Positions 19,714-30,330 of a DNA stretch of 64,000 bases are shown piece after piece. Position numbers and translations under genes: made by a program. The notes beneath the pieces are model-generated. The model saw only the letters and a program-made list of their open reading frames with translations. It ran no database searches and was not told where the DNA came from. Origin of the DNA: Oligoflexia bacterium (GTDB taxonomy: Bacteria > Bdellovibrionota > Bdellovibrionia > JABDDW01); the NCBI GenBank assembly GCA_043732305.1, contig JAYTHU010000062.1, forward strand, positions 62,816 through 126,815, written 5' to 3'. Positions within the stretch are counted from its first letter, which is position 1. Each line of letters begins with the position of its first letter.

Positions 19714-21660
19714 ATGTTGGCTATTTTGGCACTGATGGCTGTTTTGTTCCCTCTCGTCTCATCCGCTCAAGAACAAGCTGACGTTAAAACCGACACCACC
19801 ACAACTATCTCCGCACCTAGCGTGAATATTTATGATGACGTGCAGACCTATCCAGAAAAAGTCAGTTTGACACAATCTCCACTAGCACTTGATCTGGATT
19901 TCAATTTGCGAAAGCTGCCTGGCGCCTTAGTCACTCAATACGGTGGCCCAGGATCCACTTCTACAATCATCTCACCTATCGCCACTGGTTCTGGTGGAAC
20001 CATGGTTTCTATCGACGGGATTCCAGTTGTGGCACCGTTGGGACGCGGAACGGATTTGACTTATTTTCCACCCGCATTTTTTGGACGTGTCGATTGGTAC
20101 AGTCCATTTTATCCATGGGCTGAAGGGCGCATTGCTCCAGGCGGACGATTGGACATGATTTCTCGAACTCATGAGAAAAAAGACTCCACTGAAATTTTAG
20201 GTGAAGGACTTTATGGAACCGGACAAACCGCACAGGTTTCTAGTTTAGTAACGCACAATGGAAAAACAAATTCTTATGTTGTTGGTCTCACAGGATTTCG
20301 CACCGAAGGCACTTGGAATTATGTGAGTCCAGTCGACGGGAGTCAGCAGACGAGACAATTCGATGACAATAAATATTTGGGACTGCTACTTAAAGACGAA
20401 TATAAATTCAGCGAAAAAAATCGCGTGCTTTTCTCAGGCTTGACACAAATTGGGCACCGCACCGAGCCTAACTCCATCGTAAATCAGGGTGGTCCTTCTC
20501 CAACATCCGCAGCAGATAGCCGGGACACTTTCTTTGGTCAAGCGGCAGTTAAATTTTCCAGTGATGATCTATGGATCGATAACACGATTCAAGAATGGTC
20601 TTTGAGTCATTCAGCAGATCGTTCTTATTATTATGGCCTCACACTTTATAGCCCCCAGACTTTTCAGCCCACGGCCACAGGCGTTTCAGGATCAGAGAAT
20701 GGGCAGGGAGATCTGTTTTCTTGGTCGGTGAAAGGAAAAAAGGTTCATGATTCTTTCTCGGCTCAGTTGGATGGCATGTATGAGAAAGTTGAAACTTATT
20801 ATCCTCTCTACGCGGATCGTCAGACAGTTGGAATGACCTTGGCGTATGACGCCTTCAAAATTTCTAAGAAAGATTTTGTCATTCCTCGAGTTCGAGTGGA
20901 AGAAATTTCCGCCCAACAACAACAAGACCCACAGACTCAGGCTGATGGCAGCATCGGTTATATTCATGAATTCGAACCTGGCCAGCAGCTCTTTGCTTCG
21001 GCATCACTCCTACACAAAACTCCAAGCATGATCGCGCTCTACGGTTACTTGGAAGGTGGATTGCCTGTCACGGGAATGCCTACTCTTCCTGTTGAACGCA
21101 CTGGCGTTTACAGCTTGGGTTATAACTTGGTTGAAAAAAATCACGGACTTTGGCTCAACACTTGGTACAGCCATCACAACAACATGGCGCTCAGAACAAC
21201 TAACAACTTTGGATTGGGAAACTTCATTCAGGTTTTGGACGCACAAACCTACGGCATCTCAGGTCAGTTCACTTGCCAGTTTTTAAATCACTGGGGAGCA
21301 CTTTTTTCAGGTTCATATGAAAAAACGCGCAACAATGATCTCTCGACTGAACTCACGTTCAAACCTACCTACATCGGAAGTTCAACTTTAAGTTATGAGA
21401 TCGCCACAAAGACAAATATCAGCGTGGAAGATGTTTATGAAGGCACTAGATACTTCAGCGCTTCTAACTCGGGAAAATTCCCTAACGGCAGCACTGAACC
21501 CATGAACTGGACAAATCTCAAATCTGATATTGCAGTGGGACCCGGTTCCGCCTACGTCAAAGTGGTAAATATTTTTAACGCTGCCGGTTTTGATAACCCT
21601 GGCTATCCTTACCCTGGAATCAGCTTCTGGGTTGGTTACTCATTCATGGGCGACATATGA
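19714..21660 (+). CDS. TonB-dependent outer membrane receptor
   Basis: Signal peptide after AGGAG RBS; plug-like LRKLPG...SIDGIP; C-terminal VVNIFN...YPYPGISFWVGYSF. Confidence 0.75.
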   Translation: MLAILALMAVLFPLVSSAQEQADVKTDTTTTISAPSVNIYDDVQTYPEKVSLTQSPLALDLDFNLRKLPGALVTQYGGPGSTSTIISPIATGSGGTMVSIDGIPVVAPLGRGTDLTYFPPAFFGRVDWYSPFYPWAEGRIAPGGRLDMISRTHEKKDSTEILGEGLYGTGQTAQVSSLVTHNGKTNSYVVGLTGFRTEGTWNYVSPVDGSQQTRQFDDNKYLGLLLKDEYKFSEKNRVLFSGLTQIGHRTEPNSIVNQGGPSPTSAADSRDTFFGQAAVKFSSDDLWIDNTIQEWSLSHSADRSYYYGLTLYSPQTFQPTATGVSGSENGQGDLFSWSVKGKKVHDSFSAQLDGMYEKVETYYPLYADRQTVGMTLAYDAFKISKKDFVIPRVRVEEISAQQQQDPQTQADGSIGYIHEFEPGQQLFASASLLHKTPSMIALYGYLEGGLPVTGMPTLPVERTGVYSLGYNLVEKNHGLWLNTWYSHHNNMALRTTNNFGLGNFIQVLDAQTYGISGQFTCQFLNHWGALFSGSYEKTRNNDLSTELTFKPTYIGSSTLSYEIATKTNISVEDVYEGTRYFSASNSGKFPNGSTEPMNWTNLKSDIAVGPGSAYVKVVNIFNAAGFDNPGYPYPGISFWVGYSFMGDI

Positions 21661-22379
21661 TCAAGCTCGCCATCTTTGACCTTGATGGAACTCTTGTGGA
21701 TTCCATTCAGGATCTGGCGATTTCTGCCAATCACGTTATCAAAAGTTATGACCGGGATGAAATTCCCTTAGACCATATCAGAGATTTTATTGGCGATGGC
21801 GTGAGGCGCTTTGTTCAAGGCCTCGCGGGTGACCGACATGAAGATGAAGAATTTGTAGATAAGGTTCTCGGCGAATTCAATGCTCACTATGAACATCAGC
21901 TTGTGAAGAACACTCGGTTTTATCCAGGAGCCGCAGAGTTTCTGACAAAGTTTTTGGAGCAGACGACCAATGCTGACTCCAACCTTCATATTCGACGCAA
22001 GATGGGAGTCGTGACCAATAAAGGGGAACGCCAAGCCCGAATTATATTGGATCACCTTGTGCCCTCGCTCGGATTGGGTGATGCGAAGAATCTGTTTGTG
22101 GAAATTTATGGCGGCGATACCTTTGATGTGAAGAAACCTGATCCCAAACCTTTACTAAAAATGATGGAAAAAGCCGGCGTCACACCCGATGAGACTATAA
22201 TGATCGGAGATTCAAGACAGGATCTCGAAGCGGCCCGCAATGCAGGCACGCACTTTCTTGCGGTGAGTTTTGGTTACAACACAGTCGACGTGTTAAAAGG
22301 TTATGGAGCCAGTCGCTTTTTTAACCACTTCGATGAGCTTTTAGAGCTGATCGAAAAGTACCCTGACGCCAAACCTTGA
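21657..22379 (+). CDS. gph: HAD-family hydrolase, phosphoglycolate phosphatase-like
   Basis: FDLDGTLVDS, VVTNK, KKPDP, IGDSRQD. Confidence 0.85.
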   Translation: MIKLAIFDLDGTLVDSIQDLAISANHVIKSYDRDEIPLDHIRDFIGDGVRRFVQGLAGDRHEDEEFVDKVLGEFNAHYEHQLVKNTRFYPGAAEFLTKFLEQTTNADSNLHIRRKMGVVTNKGERQARIILDHLVPSLGLGDAKNLFVEIYGGDTFDVKKPDPKPLLKMMEKAGVTPDETIMIGDSRQDLEAARNAGTHFLAVSFGYNTVDVLKGYGASRFFNHFDELLELIEKYPDAKP

Positions 22380-22500
22380 CGCATCGGCACTTCACCGCAA
22401 AAATCCAATCGCTAGCCGAACATCTTTTCTTTGACATTTCCGAGTGCCTCAACTAATTATTTGAGGGGGTTCTACCACTCACTATCAAGAGGACAAAAAC

Positions 22501-24291
22501 ATGATGTCGAAAGAAAGCTTAAGGCTTATTCCCGTATTTTTGGTCGCCACGATTCTGATTCTTGTTGGTTGCACTAAAAAAGAGAATGCAGAGTACACTG
22601 GCTACACTCGCGAAGTTATAAAAACTAACATCAAGGGAATGGACCCAGTCATTTCCAGCGATTTATATAGTGGAATTGTAATGGGCCAAATTTATTCCAC
22701 TTTGATGCAATACAATTATTTGAAACGCCCTACTGTTGCAGAACCTTGCGATGCCGATGGATTGCCACTGATTTCTAAAGATTTAAAAACTTATACTTTC
22801 AAAATTAAAAAAGGCATTTTGTTTCACGACAGTCCCGCGTTCAAAGACAACGGTGGAAAAGGCCGTGAGTTGACCGCAGAAGATTATATTTACTCTTGGA
22901 AACGTCTTGCAGATCCAGCTACCCACTCCGATGGCTTTTGGATTTTCGAAGGCAAAGTCAAAGGTTTCAAAGAATGGCAAGACCAAGCTGTCAAAGCTGG
23001 AAAAGCTGATTATTCCAAACCTGTTCCTGGTCTGACTGCTTTAGATAAATACACATTAAAAATTGAACTTGAAAAACCTTTCCCTCAGATGACTTATGTT
23101 TTGACGATGGTCACTGCGGGTGCCGTTCCGCATGAAGCTGTTGATTTCTACGGGCAGGAATTTCAGAATCATCCCGTAGGCTCAGGTCCTTACCAATTCA
23201 AAAGTTGGGTGAGAAACTCACAAATCATTTTGAGTAAATTTGCTGGCTATAGAGAAGAGCTCTACCCTTCCGAAGGAGAATCTTCTGACAAGGCCGCCGG
23301 TTTACTTGAAGATGCTGGAAAAAAATTGCCTTTGAATGACGGAGTGATCTTCAGTGAAATCGTGGAAGATCAGCCTCGCTGGCTAGGTTTCCGCAAAGGT
23401 GAATTTGATTGGGTCGAAATTCCCAAAGATAATTATGATTCTGCAGTTAAAAACGATGCCATTGATCCTGAGTTGGCTAAACAAGGTGTGAGACTCCAAA
23501 AGTATGTTGATCCCGATTTGACTTTCGATAGTTTCAATATGGATGACGCCGTTGTCGGCGGCGCGAAGAATAAATTTTTGCGTCAGGCCCTGAGCCTTGC
23601 GATTGATCCTGCAGACATGATCAGAACATTTTACAGCGGCCACGCGGTTTCCGCTCAAGGCCCAATCCCACCCACTGTTGTAGGTTACAATCCTAGTTTG
23701 AAAAATCCTTACAAGGGTCCAAATATTGAGAAGGCTGAAGAAATTCTAAAAAAAGCGGGCCATCCTCACGGCGAAGGTATTCCTGAAATTCAATATGAAA
23801 TTTACTCCGGCTCCACTGCTCGCCAAATCGTAGAATATTTCCAACAGCGCGCGGCTCTCATTGGTGTGAAAGTTAAAATCAACGTCAACACCTGGCCCGA
23901 ATTTTTAGCTAAACAGAAGAAGAGAAAATGTCAGTTGTTCGGAATGGCTTGGTCTGCGGATTACCCTGATGGAGAAAATTTTCTCCAATTGTTTTACGGT
24001 CCTAACGCGAGCCCCGGACCTAACAGTTCAAATTACAATAATCCAGAATTTAATAAACTCTACGATCAAGCTTCCGTCATGCTGGATAGCCCCGTTCGCA
24101 ACGTCATTTATCAGAAAATGGTAAGCCTTGTTATTGAAGACAGCCCTTGGATTTTTGACACTCACCGTATGACATACACACTGACAAACGGTTGGCTTCA
24201 TAATCACAAACGCAATGTCATGATGCTTAATTACAGCAAATACTATCGAATAGATAAAGACGCGAAAGCGCAGTTGAAAAAGAAACTTTAA
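22501..24291 (+). CDS. oppA: Peptide ABC transporter substrate-binding lipoprotein (family 5)
   Basis: Lipobox LVGC, YTFKIKKG..FHD, PVGSGPY, WSADYPD. Confidence 0.9.
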   Translation: MMSKESLRLIPVFLVATILILVGCTKKENAEYTGYTREVIKTNIKGMDPVISSDLYSGIVMGQIYSTLMQYNYLKRPTVAEPCDADGLPLISKDLKTYTFKIKKGILFHDSPAFKDNGGKGRELTAEDYIYSWKRLADPATHSDGFWIFEGKVKGFKEWQDQAVKAGKADYSKPVPGLTALDKYTLKIELEKPFPQMTYVLTMVTAGAVPHEAVDFYGQEFQNHPVGSGPYQFKSWVRNSQIILSKFAGYREELYPSEGESSDKAAGLLEDAGKKLPLNDGVIFSEIVEDQPRWLGFRKGEFDWVEIPKDNYDSAVKNDAIDPELAKQGVRLQKYVDPDLTFDSFNMDDAVVGGAKNKFLRQALSLAIDPADMIRTFYSGHAVSAQGPIPPTVVGYNPSLKNPYKGPNIEKAEEILKKAGHPHGEGIPEIQYEIYSGSTARQIVEYFQQRAALIGVKVKINVNTWPEFLAKQKKRKCQLFGMAWSADYPDGENFLQLFYGPNASPGPNSSNYNNPEFNKLYDQASVMLDSPVRNVIYQKMVSLVIEDSPWIFDTHRMTYTLTNGWLHNHKRNVMMLNYSKYYRIDKDAKAQLKKKL

Positions 24292-25226
24292 TGATTCTTT
24301 ATATACTGAAGCGCATTGTCTCCATTGTTCCCGTGGTATTTGGAGTCACGCTGATCACGTTCTTACTTTTTAACGTGGTTGGCGGAGATCCTGTTTATCA
24401 ACGCATGGGGAAACACGGTTCTGAAAATGAAATCGTGATTCTTCGCCATGAGATGGGTTTAGATCGATCACTTCCACAGCAATATCTTTTTTATCTCAAG
24501 CAATGTGGAACTTTAGATTTCGGTCGCAGCTGGGCCACTAACCAAAAAATTTCTGACATGATTGATAACGGAATTGGCGCGAGTCTCAGCCTGAGCATTC
24601 CTGCATTCAGTATCACTGTGTTTATTTCAATATTGATTTCCATCCTTGCGGCATTCTATCGCAACACGTCATTCGATCGGTTTTTGCAAGTGGCCTGCTT
24701 GGCAGGAATCAGTATTAGTTCGCTCGTCTACATTATTGCGGGCCAATATTTTCTAAGCTATCTCGGAGGCTGGTTCCCAATCTCCGGTTACGATCCCAGT
24801 TGGGATGGCAGATGGCAGTACTTGATTCTGCCAATCATCATTTGGTTGCTTGTCAGCGTTGGTAACGAAGTTTTGCTTTATCGCACCGCAATCTTAGACG
24901 AAATCTTTCAAGATTATGTCCGTACCGCACGCGCCAAAGGTTTGTCTGAAAAATTAGTTTTACTTAAACACGTCTTGAAAAATTCGCTAGTGCCAATCAT
25001 CACCAGCGTCATTATTGAAATTCCATTCTTATTCACCGGAGCACTTTTGCTTGAAGCTTTTTTCAGCATTCCTGGGTTAGGTGGAATGGTTGTTCAGGCG
25101 ATTTCCAATTCGGATTTCCCGGTGATCAAGGCCATGACTTTTATAAGTTCGATTTTGTATGTTTTGTTTAACCTCATTTCTGACATTTGTTATGCGCTGG
25201 TTGATCCGCGCATAAAATTGGAGTAG
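24291..25226 (+). CDS. oppB: Peptide ABC transporter permease
   Basis: GDP, LDFGRS, DYVRTARAKGL, FSIPGLG, DPRIK. Confidence 0.93.
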   Translation: MILYILKRIVSIVPVVFGVTLITFLLFNVVGGDPVYQRMGKHGSENEIVILRHEMGLDRSLPQQYLFYLKQCGTLDFGRSWATNQKISDMIDNGIGASLSLSIPAFSITVFISILISILAAFYRNTSFDRFLQVACLAGISISSLVYIIAGQYFLSYLGGWFPISGYDPSWDGRWQYLILPIIIWLLVSVGNEVLLYRTAILDEIFQDYVRTARAKGLSEKLVLLKHVLKNSLVPIITSVIIEIPFLFTGALLLEAFFSIPGLGGMVVQAISNSDFPVIKAMTFISSILYVLFNLISDICYALVDPRIKLE

Positions 25227-25228
25227 CC

Positions 25229-26116
25229 GTGGCAATCGAAAATACGCCCCTCACTCCTCAAACTGAAGGTGTGAGTTTGTGGAAAGATGCTGTCCGCAGA
25301 TTTAAACGAGATAAATTTGCAGTTCTTTGCTTTCTTATAATTGTTCTGTATTCGCTTGTGGCACTGCTCACTTGGTTTGGACTTATCGGCTCTGACTACA
25401 TGGTGACGGGACCTCACAGTTATCAAGCACCTTCCACTCAACATTGGTTTGGAACTGATATATTTGGCCGTGATGTTTTTGCTCGCACGCTTCACGGCAC
25501 TCGCATTGCTTTGTCTATTGGTATCGTCACTTCACTCATTGCTATTCCCATCGGCGTGACATTGGGAGCATTGGCAGGGTATTTCGGCGGCATCATTGAC
25601 GAAGTGATCGTGTGGTTCTACACAACGATGGAAAGTATTCCTGACATTTTCAAAATCATTTCTATCAGCTTTATTATCGGACGTGGACTCCGGAGCGTTT
25701 ACATTGTTTTAGGTGTGACCACTTGGGTTAGTCTTTGCCGACTTATTCGCGCGGAATTTTTAAAACACAAAAATCGAGATTACGTACAAGCTGCAAATGC
25801 GCTTGGTGCAAGTCACAAGCGTCGCATGTTTATTCACATTTTGCCCAATGTGTTTCACATCATTTTGATTAACTTCAGCATGCGTTTTGTCACGGCTATT
25901 AAAACCGAAGTTATTCTTAGTTACTTGGGTCTTGGCGTTGAGCCTGGCCAACCTAGTTGGGGCATCATGATTGACGATGCTAAACTTGAACTTGCTCGCG
26001 GCGTTTGGTGGCAGCTCGCTGCCGCCACGGCATTTATGTTCTTCCTGGTTTTGGCATTTTACATTTTCACCGAATCTCTTCGAGAAGCTTTAGATCCTAA
26101 AATGAGGAATCAATGA
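25229..26116 (+). CDS. oppC: Peptide ABC transporter permease
   Basis: HWFGTDIFGRD, YVQAANALGAS, HILPN, LSYLGLG, PSWG, LREALDP. Confidence 0.93.
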   Translation: MAIENTPLTPQTEGVSLWKDAVRRFKRDKFAVLCFLIIVLYSLVALLTWFGLIGSDYMVTGPHSYQAPSTQHWFGTDIFGRDVFARTLHGTRIALSIGIVTSLIAIPIGVTLGALAGYFGGIIDEVIVWFYTTMESIPDIFKIISISFIIGRGLRSVYIVLGVTTWVSLCRLIRAEFLKHKNRDYVQAANALGASHKRRMFIHILPNVFHIILINFSMRFVTAIKTEVILSYLGLGVEPGQPSWGIMIDDAKLELARGVWWQLAAATAFMFFLVLAFYIFTESLREALDPKMRNQ

Positions 26117-27033
26117 TTTCGGAGACCGAACTCACTTTAGGACAAGCTTTGGTTGCGGCAAATCTTATGTCAGCCAAGGACCTAGACGCGGCTGTTCGCG
26201 ATGTGGAAAGCGAAAAAACTTCCAATCTCATCATCCAGCTTCTAAAAAAAGAATTCCTAAGTTTTAAAATATTCCAAAAATTTCTCACGCAGAATTATAA
26301 AATGCGGACCACTATTTTAGCAGAGAGAGAAATCCCTTTGGATTTGGCTGAAAAAATTGGCTGGGAAATGATTGAGAGTCGTCACATCTTGCCGATCATG
26401 ATGAAAACTGTGGAGAACTCTCAGAAGCTTGCTGTCGGTATGGTAAATCCATTAGACGAAGCAACTATTACGGAAGTACAAAATATAACCGGTGCAGAAA
26501 TCACACCGTTGCTCGTTTCACTTTCTGATTTTCAAGAAGCTTATGCAAAATCTCAAGCTCGCATGAACACGACAAAAATGGGAAATCACACGGCCATTGC
26601 AACATATGAAGAGCAGCTGCACCGCTTAGAGCTTCTGAACAATGCCCATGAGGTGATCTCAAAAGAGGGCGGCGTGCTCCAAACCCCACACGCTGCCCTG
26701 CCCACTATTCGTCCAATCCAGCCGGCGCCTGTGCCAATGACGGAATATTTTGCCGGCAATGTGAAAAAATTCAAAGAAGAAGTGATCGTCAAACTTGAGC
26801 TAGATAACTTCGAAGCTTCAGCTTTAGAAAAAGAAAGTTATAATGCGGGTGAATTGTTTGATGAATTGAATAAAATGAAGAAATCAACTCTCGAAAGAAA
26901 TTTTGAGACCCTCGATGCAAATGCTAAATTCAATGCTTTGGCGAATAGTTTAATTCGGCAAGGACTAGTGGGTAAACTTGATATTCTGGTGGCGGGATCC
27001 GTCGCCCGAGTTTTTGGAGAAACTAAAAATTGA
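26113..27033 (+). CDS. Stand-alone GspE/PilB N-terminal (T2SSE_N/MshEN-like) domain protein, no ATPase domain
   Basis: [21 protein letters not shown] (degenerate MshEN repeat), then RHILP...[10 protein letters not shown]...[14 protein letters not shown]. Confidence 0.7.
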   Translation: MISETELTLGQALVAANLMSAKDLDAAVRDVESEKTSNLIIQLLKKEFLSFKIFQKFLTQNYKMRTTILAEREIPLDLAEKIGWEMIESRHILPIMMKTVENSQKLAVGMVNPLDEATITEVQNITGAEITPLLVSLSDFQEAYAKSQARMNTTKMGNHTAIATYEEQLHRLELLNNAHEVISKEGGVLQTPHAALPTIRPIQPAPVPMTEYFAGNVKKFKEEVIVKLELDNFEASALEKESYNAGELFDELNKMKKSTLERNFETLDANAKFNALANSLIRQGLVGKLDILVAGSVARVFGETKN

Positions 27034-28040
27034 AAACAATAATTGAAGTCAAAAACCTCGTGACATCTTTCAAAACCGGCGAAGGTGATTTCAACGCTGT
27101 CGACAATATTAGTTTTAAAGTCGAAGAGGGTCGCACTTTAGGAATTGTCGGTGAATCTGGTTGCGGGAAATCCGTCACATCACTTTCCATCATGCGCTTG
27201 ATTCCGAGTCCCCCAGGAACAATCAAAAGCGGGGAAATTTTATTTCGCGGTAAAAATCTGCTCACTCTTTCAAACGAAGAGATGAGAAACATTCGCGGAA
27301 ATAAAATCGGAATGATTTTTCAAGAACCCATGACTTCTTTGAACCCCGTGTTTACTGTGGGCAATCAAATAGAAGAAGCGATCAGACTTCACCAAAGAGA
27401 ATTAACAAAAAAAGAAGTACGCACACGCGCCATCGAAATGCTCACTTTGGTGGGTATCCCCAGTCCGGAAAAGCGGATAAACGATTATCCTCACCAACTT
27501 TCTGGTGGGATGAGACAACGCGTGATGATCGCAATGTCTCTGAGTTGCCATCCTGATTTGTTGATTGCCGATGAACCGACAACAGCTCTTGATGTCACAA
27601 TCCAGGCGCAAATTTTAGATTTAATTAAAAAACTTCAAAAAGAATTCAATACGGCCATGATACTCATCACCCATGATCTTGGCGTGGTTGCAGAAACTTG
27701 CAATGACGTGGCAGTGATGTATGCCGGAAAAATTATTGAGCAAGGAACCGCCGAACAAATTTTTGAGGCGCCGAGACACCCTTACACAAAGGGTCTGCTC
27801 AATTCAGTCCCGCATTTTGAAACAGGACAGCGAAAGAAACGTCTAGAAACAATTCCAGGAATTGTACCAAGCCTTTCACAACTTCCCAAGGGTTGCCGCT
27901 TTCGCGATCGGTGTACTCGCGCCATTGATATTTGTGCCACCAAACATCCAGAACTAGAAATTTTAAGTGATCATTTGGTTGCTTGCTACAATCCCGTTCC
28001 GCTAGGTGCTGCTCACGTGGGAGATTCAAAAAATGTCTGA
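27030..28040 (+). CDS. oppD: Peptide ABC transporter ATP-binding protein
   Basis: [40 protein letters not shown]. Confidence 0.95.
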   Translation: MKTIIEVKNLVTSFKTGEGDFNAVDNISFKVEEGRTLGIVGESGCGKSVTSLSIMRLIPSPPGTIKSGEILFRGKNLLTLSNEEMRNIRGNKIGMIFQEPMTSLNPVFTVGNQIEEAIRLHQRELTKKEVRTRAIEMLTLVGIPSPEKRINDYPHQLSGGMRQRVMIAMSLSCHPDLLIADEPTTALDVTIQAQILDLIKKLQKEFNTAMILITHDLGVVAETCNDVAVMYAGKIIEQGTAEQIFEAPRHPYTKGLLNSVPHFETGQRKKRLETIPGIVPSLSQLPKGCRFRDRCTRAIDICATKHPELEILSDHLVACYNPVPLGAAHVGDSKNV

Positions 28041-29049
28041 CCAAAATGAAACACCCCTTCTCGAAATTAAAAATCTCTATAAGAAATTTCCTATCAAAGG
28101 CGGATTTTTTGGTCGAGAAATCGCCGCCGTTCAAGCCGTGAGCAATGTTAGTCTCGCAATTAAAAGAGGCGAGACCTTGGGTCTTGTTGGAGAATCCGGT
28201 TGCGGAAAGTCCACTCTTGGCCGATGCGTGATCAGACTTCTTGAACCCACCAGCGGACAGATTATTTATAACGGTAAAGACATTACTGATTTAAAAGGCG
28301 AAGCACTCAGAACTTTACGTCGAAAGATGCAAATCATTTTCCAAGATCCCTACGCGAGCTTAAATCCGCGCATGAATATTGGAAAAATCATTGAAGAACC
28401 TTTGCTCATTCATAAAATCGGCGCCAATCGCAAAGAGCGAATGGAGCGAGTGCAACAATTATTAGAATTGGTTGGATTGAGAAAAGAAGCGGTTCACCGC
28501 TACCCGCATGAATTCAGTGGTGGTCAACGTCAGCGGATTGGAATTGCTCGTGCACTTGCTGTCGAACCAGAACTCATTGTTTGCGATGAACCTGTTTCTG
28601 CACTCGATGTTTCTATCCAAGCGCAAGTTATTAATTTACTCATGGATCTCCAACAGAAGTTGGGTCTCACCTATTTATTTATTGCGCATGATTTGAAAGT
28701 GGTCGAACACATCAGTAATCGCGTGGCGGTGATGTATCTCGGTCGCGTGGTGGAACTTGCTGAGGCTGATGAACTTTATAAAAATCCGCAGCATCCCTAC
28801 ACTCAAGCTTTGCTTTCCGCCATTCCAGTGCCTCGAGTTCCCAAACCTGGCGACAAAAAAACGCGGATCATTCTTCAAGGCGATGTTCCAAGTCCCGTCA
28901 ATCCACCCAGTGGCTGTCACTTCAACCCACGCTGCCCGATAGTTGGTCCACAGTGCAAGGTTGAAGACCCAAAACTTCTCTACACTCGCGATGGCATAGA
29001 CCATCTCGCACGCTGTTTAAAAGTTCCGTCTGCCGAACCACAGCCGTAA
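28033..29049 (+). CDS. oppF: Peptide ABC transporter ATP-binding protein
   Basis: [50 protein letters not shown]. Confidence 0.95.
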   Translation: MSDQNETPLLEIKNLYKKFPIKGGFFGREIAAVQAVSNVSLAIKRGETLGLVGESGCGKSTLGRCVIRLLEPTSGQIIYNGKDITDLKGEALRTLRRKMQIIFQDPYASLNPRMNIGKIIEEPLLIHKIGANRKERMERVQQLLELVGLRKEAVHRYPHEFSGGQRQRIGIARALAVEPELIVCDEPVSALDVSIQAQVINLLMDLQQKLGLTYLFIAHDLKVVEHISNRVAVMYLGRVVELAEADELYKNPQHPYTQALLSAIPVPRVPKPGDKKTRIILQGDVPSPVNPPSGCHFNPRCPIVGPQCKVEDPKLLYTRDGIDHLARCLKVPSAEPQP

Positions 29050-29078
29050 CTATCTGATATCCCATCTATTTTTATGCA

Positions 29079-29107
29079 TTGCGACAGTAAGTCAAATGTC
29101 GTATAAT
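29079..29107 (+). promoter_or_regulatory. Sigma70-type promoter with internal inverted repeat
   Basis: TTGCGA-N17-TATAAT; CGACA(29082-29086)-N10-TGTCG(29097-29101). Confidence 0.7.
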
Positions 29108-29126
29108 AAGGTCAGAGGTTAAGTGA

Positions 29127-29651
29127 ATGAAGACTTTGACTAAAGAAAAAATGCTTGATGCATTGAAGCGTCTTTCGCAACTGCTTCCAATTCCAACAAC
29201 ATTAATTGTTGGCGGCGGTGGCGCAATGCTTCTGGCTCATGATTTTCCTTTGGCTACAGCTGACATAGATGCGATTCCACGGGGAATAACCGTCGAAGAG
29301 CTGGATGTGTATGTGAAAAAAATTGCGACGGAGAAAGATCTTCCCGGGGATTGGTTGAACCCTTATTTCTCTAGTTTCACCCATGTTCTGCCGGACGATT
29401 TTGAAACAAGAACAATTAGCGTATTTGAAGGCGGAAAACTAACGGTAAAGTCACTGGGCAAAGAAGACTTACTTATCATGAAGTGTTTTGCCCACCGAAG
29501 AAAAGACATTCCCCATGCTCGAGCGCTCATTCGCAAAAAAGCAGATCTAAAAATCGTTTCTAAGCAGATCGAAAAATTAGAAACTAACAAAACTCCAGGA
29601 ACCGCGGAGGCCTTTGATTTTTTGGACGAAGTGATAGCACTTGAAGAATAG
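29127..29651 (+). CDS. Nucleotidyltransferase (DUF6036/AbiEii-like Pol-beta fold)
   Basis: IVGGGAM...TADID, DWLN, LLIMK...RRKD. Confidence 0.8.
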   Translation: MKTLTKEKMLDALKRLSQLLPIPTTLIVGGGGAMLLAHDFPLATADIDAIPRGITVEELDVYVKKIATEKDLPGDWLNPYFSSFTHVLPDDFETRTISVFEGGKLTVKSLGKEDLLIMKCFAHRRKDIPHARALIRKKADLKIVSKQIEKLETNKTPGTAEAFDFLDEVIALEE

Positions 29652-30330
29652 CCTTAAAAAAATTCCCACGATCAAACAGCGAGCTAAAGTTTATGATATT
29701 TTACTATGGTCAAAAGAAAGTATCTCCTCTGATAAATTGATACTCTACTCTCAGTGGGTGCGATTTGATTCTCGTCTAGGGGAAATTATAGTAAATTACA
29801 TTTTTGAAAAGTTTATGAAGTACAATCCCCTGGAGCTCCGCAAGTTTTTAACCTCCAGCCCCTGGCCACAAGTATTCTTGGTGATCTGCGAATTCAGTGA
29901 ACACCAAATGGAAATCGTAAAAGATTCTAGGTTACAAGAATTTAAGGCGTGGTTTGAAGCAGTGAAGTTTGGATTTGCAAAAATAGAATTTCAAAATTTC
30001 TTTATTGGACTTGATCAAATAAATCCTTCTCAACTTCAAAAAAAAATGAAAAAGAGCCTCCGTTACTACGAACGCTGGGGTTTTTGGGGAACGGAGAACT
30101 TAATACCTTCACCGAAAAATAAATTACCTAGAAGCTTGATAGGCAAAAACTTAAGAATCCAAGTTTTGACTCAACTTCTCTCTCATAAAAATAAAATTAC
30201 CGTCACCGATTATATTCGCGCGCTGAGTGGCGCAGTCCATCCTAGGCAGGCAGAACGAGACCTCAAAGATTATCCTGGAATTAGAAAAACCGGATTCACC
30301 CGTTCTAGATTTTATTTCCTAAAATTTTAG
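29641..30330 (+). CDS. Hypothetical protein with C-terminal winged helix; probable partner of the nucleotidyltransferase
   Basis: Overlaps the upstream gene; C-terminal KITVTDY...VHPRQAERDL...IRKTGFTRSRFY is wHTH-like. Confidence 0.7.
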   Translation: MKNSLKKIPTIKQRAKVYDILLWSKESISSDKLILYSQWVRFDSRLGEIIVNYIFEKFMKYNPLELRKFLTSSPWPQVFLVICEFSEHQMEIVKDSRLQEFKAWFEAVKFGFAKIEFQNFFIGLDQINPSQLQKKMKKSLRYYERWGFWGTENLIPSPKNKLPRSLIGKNLRIQVLTQLLSHKNKITVTDYIRALSGAVHPRQAERDLKDYPGIRKTGFTRSRFYFLKF

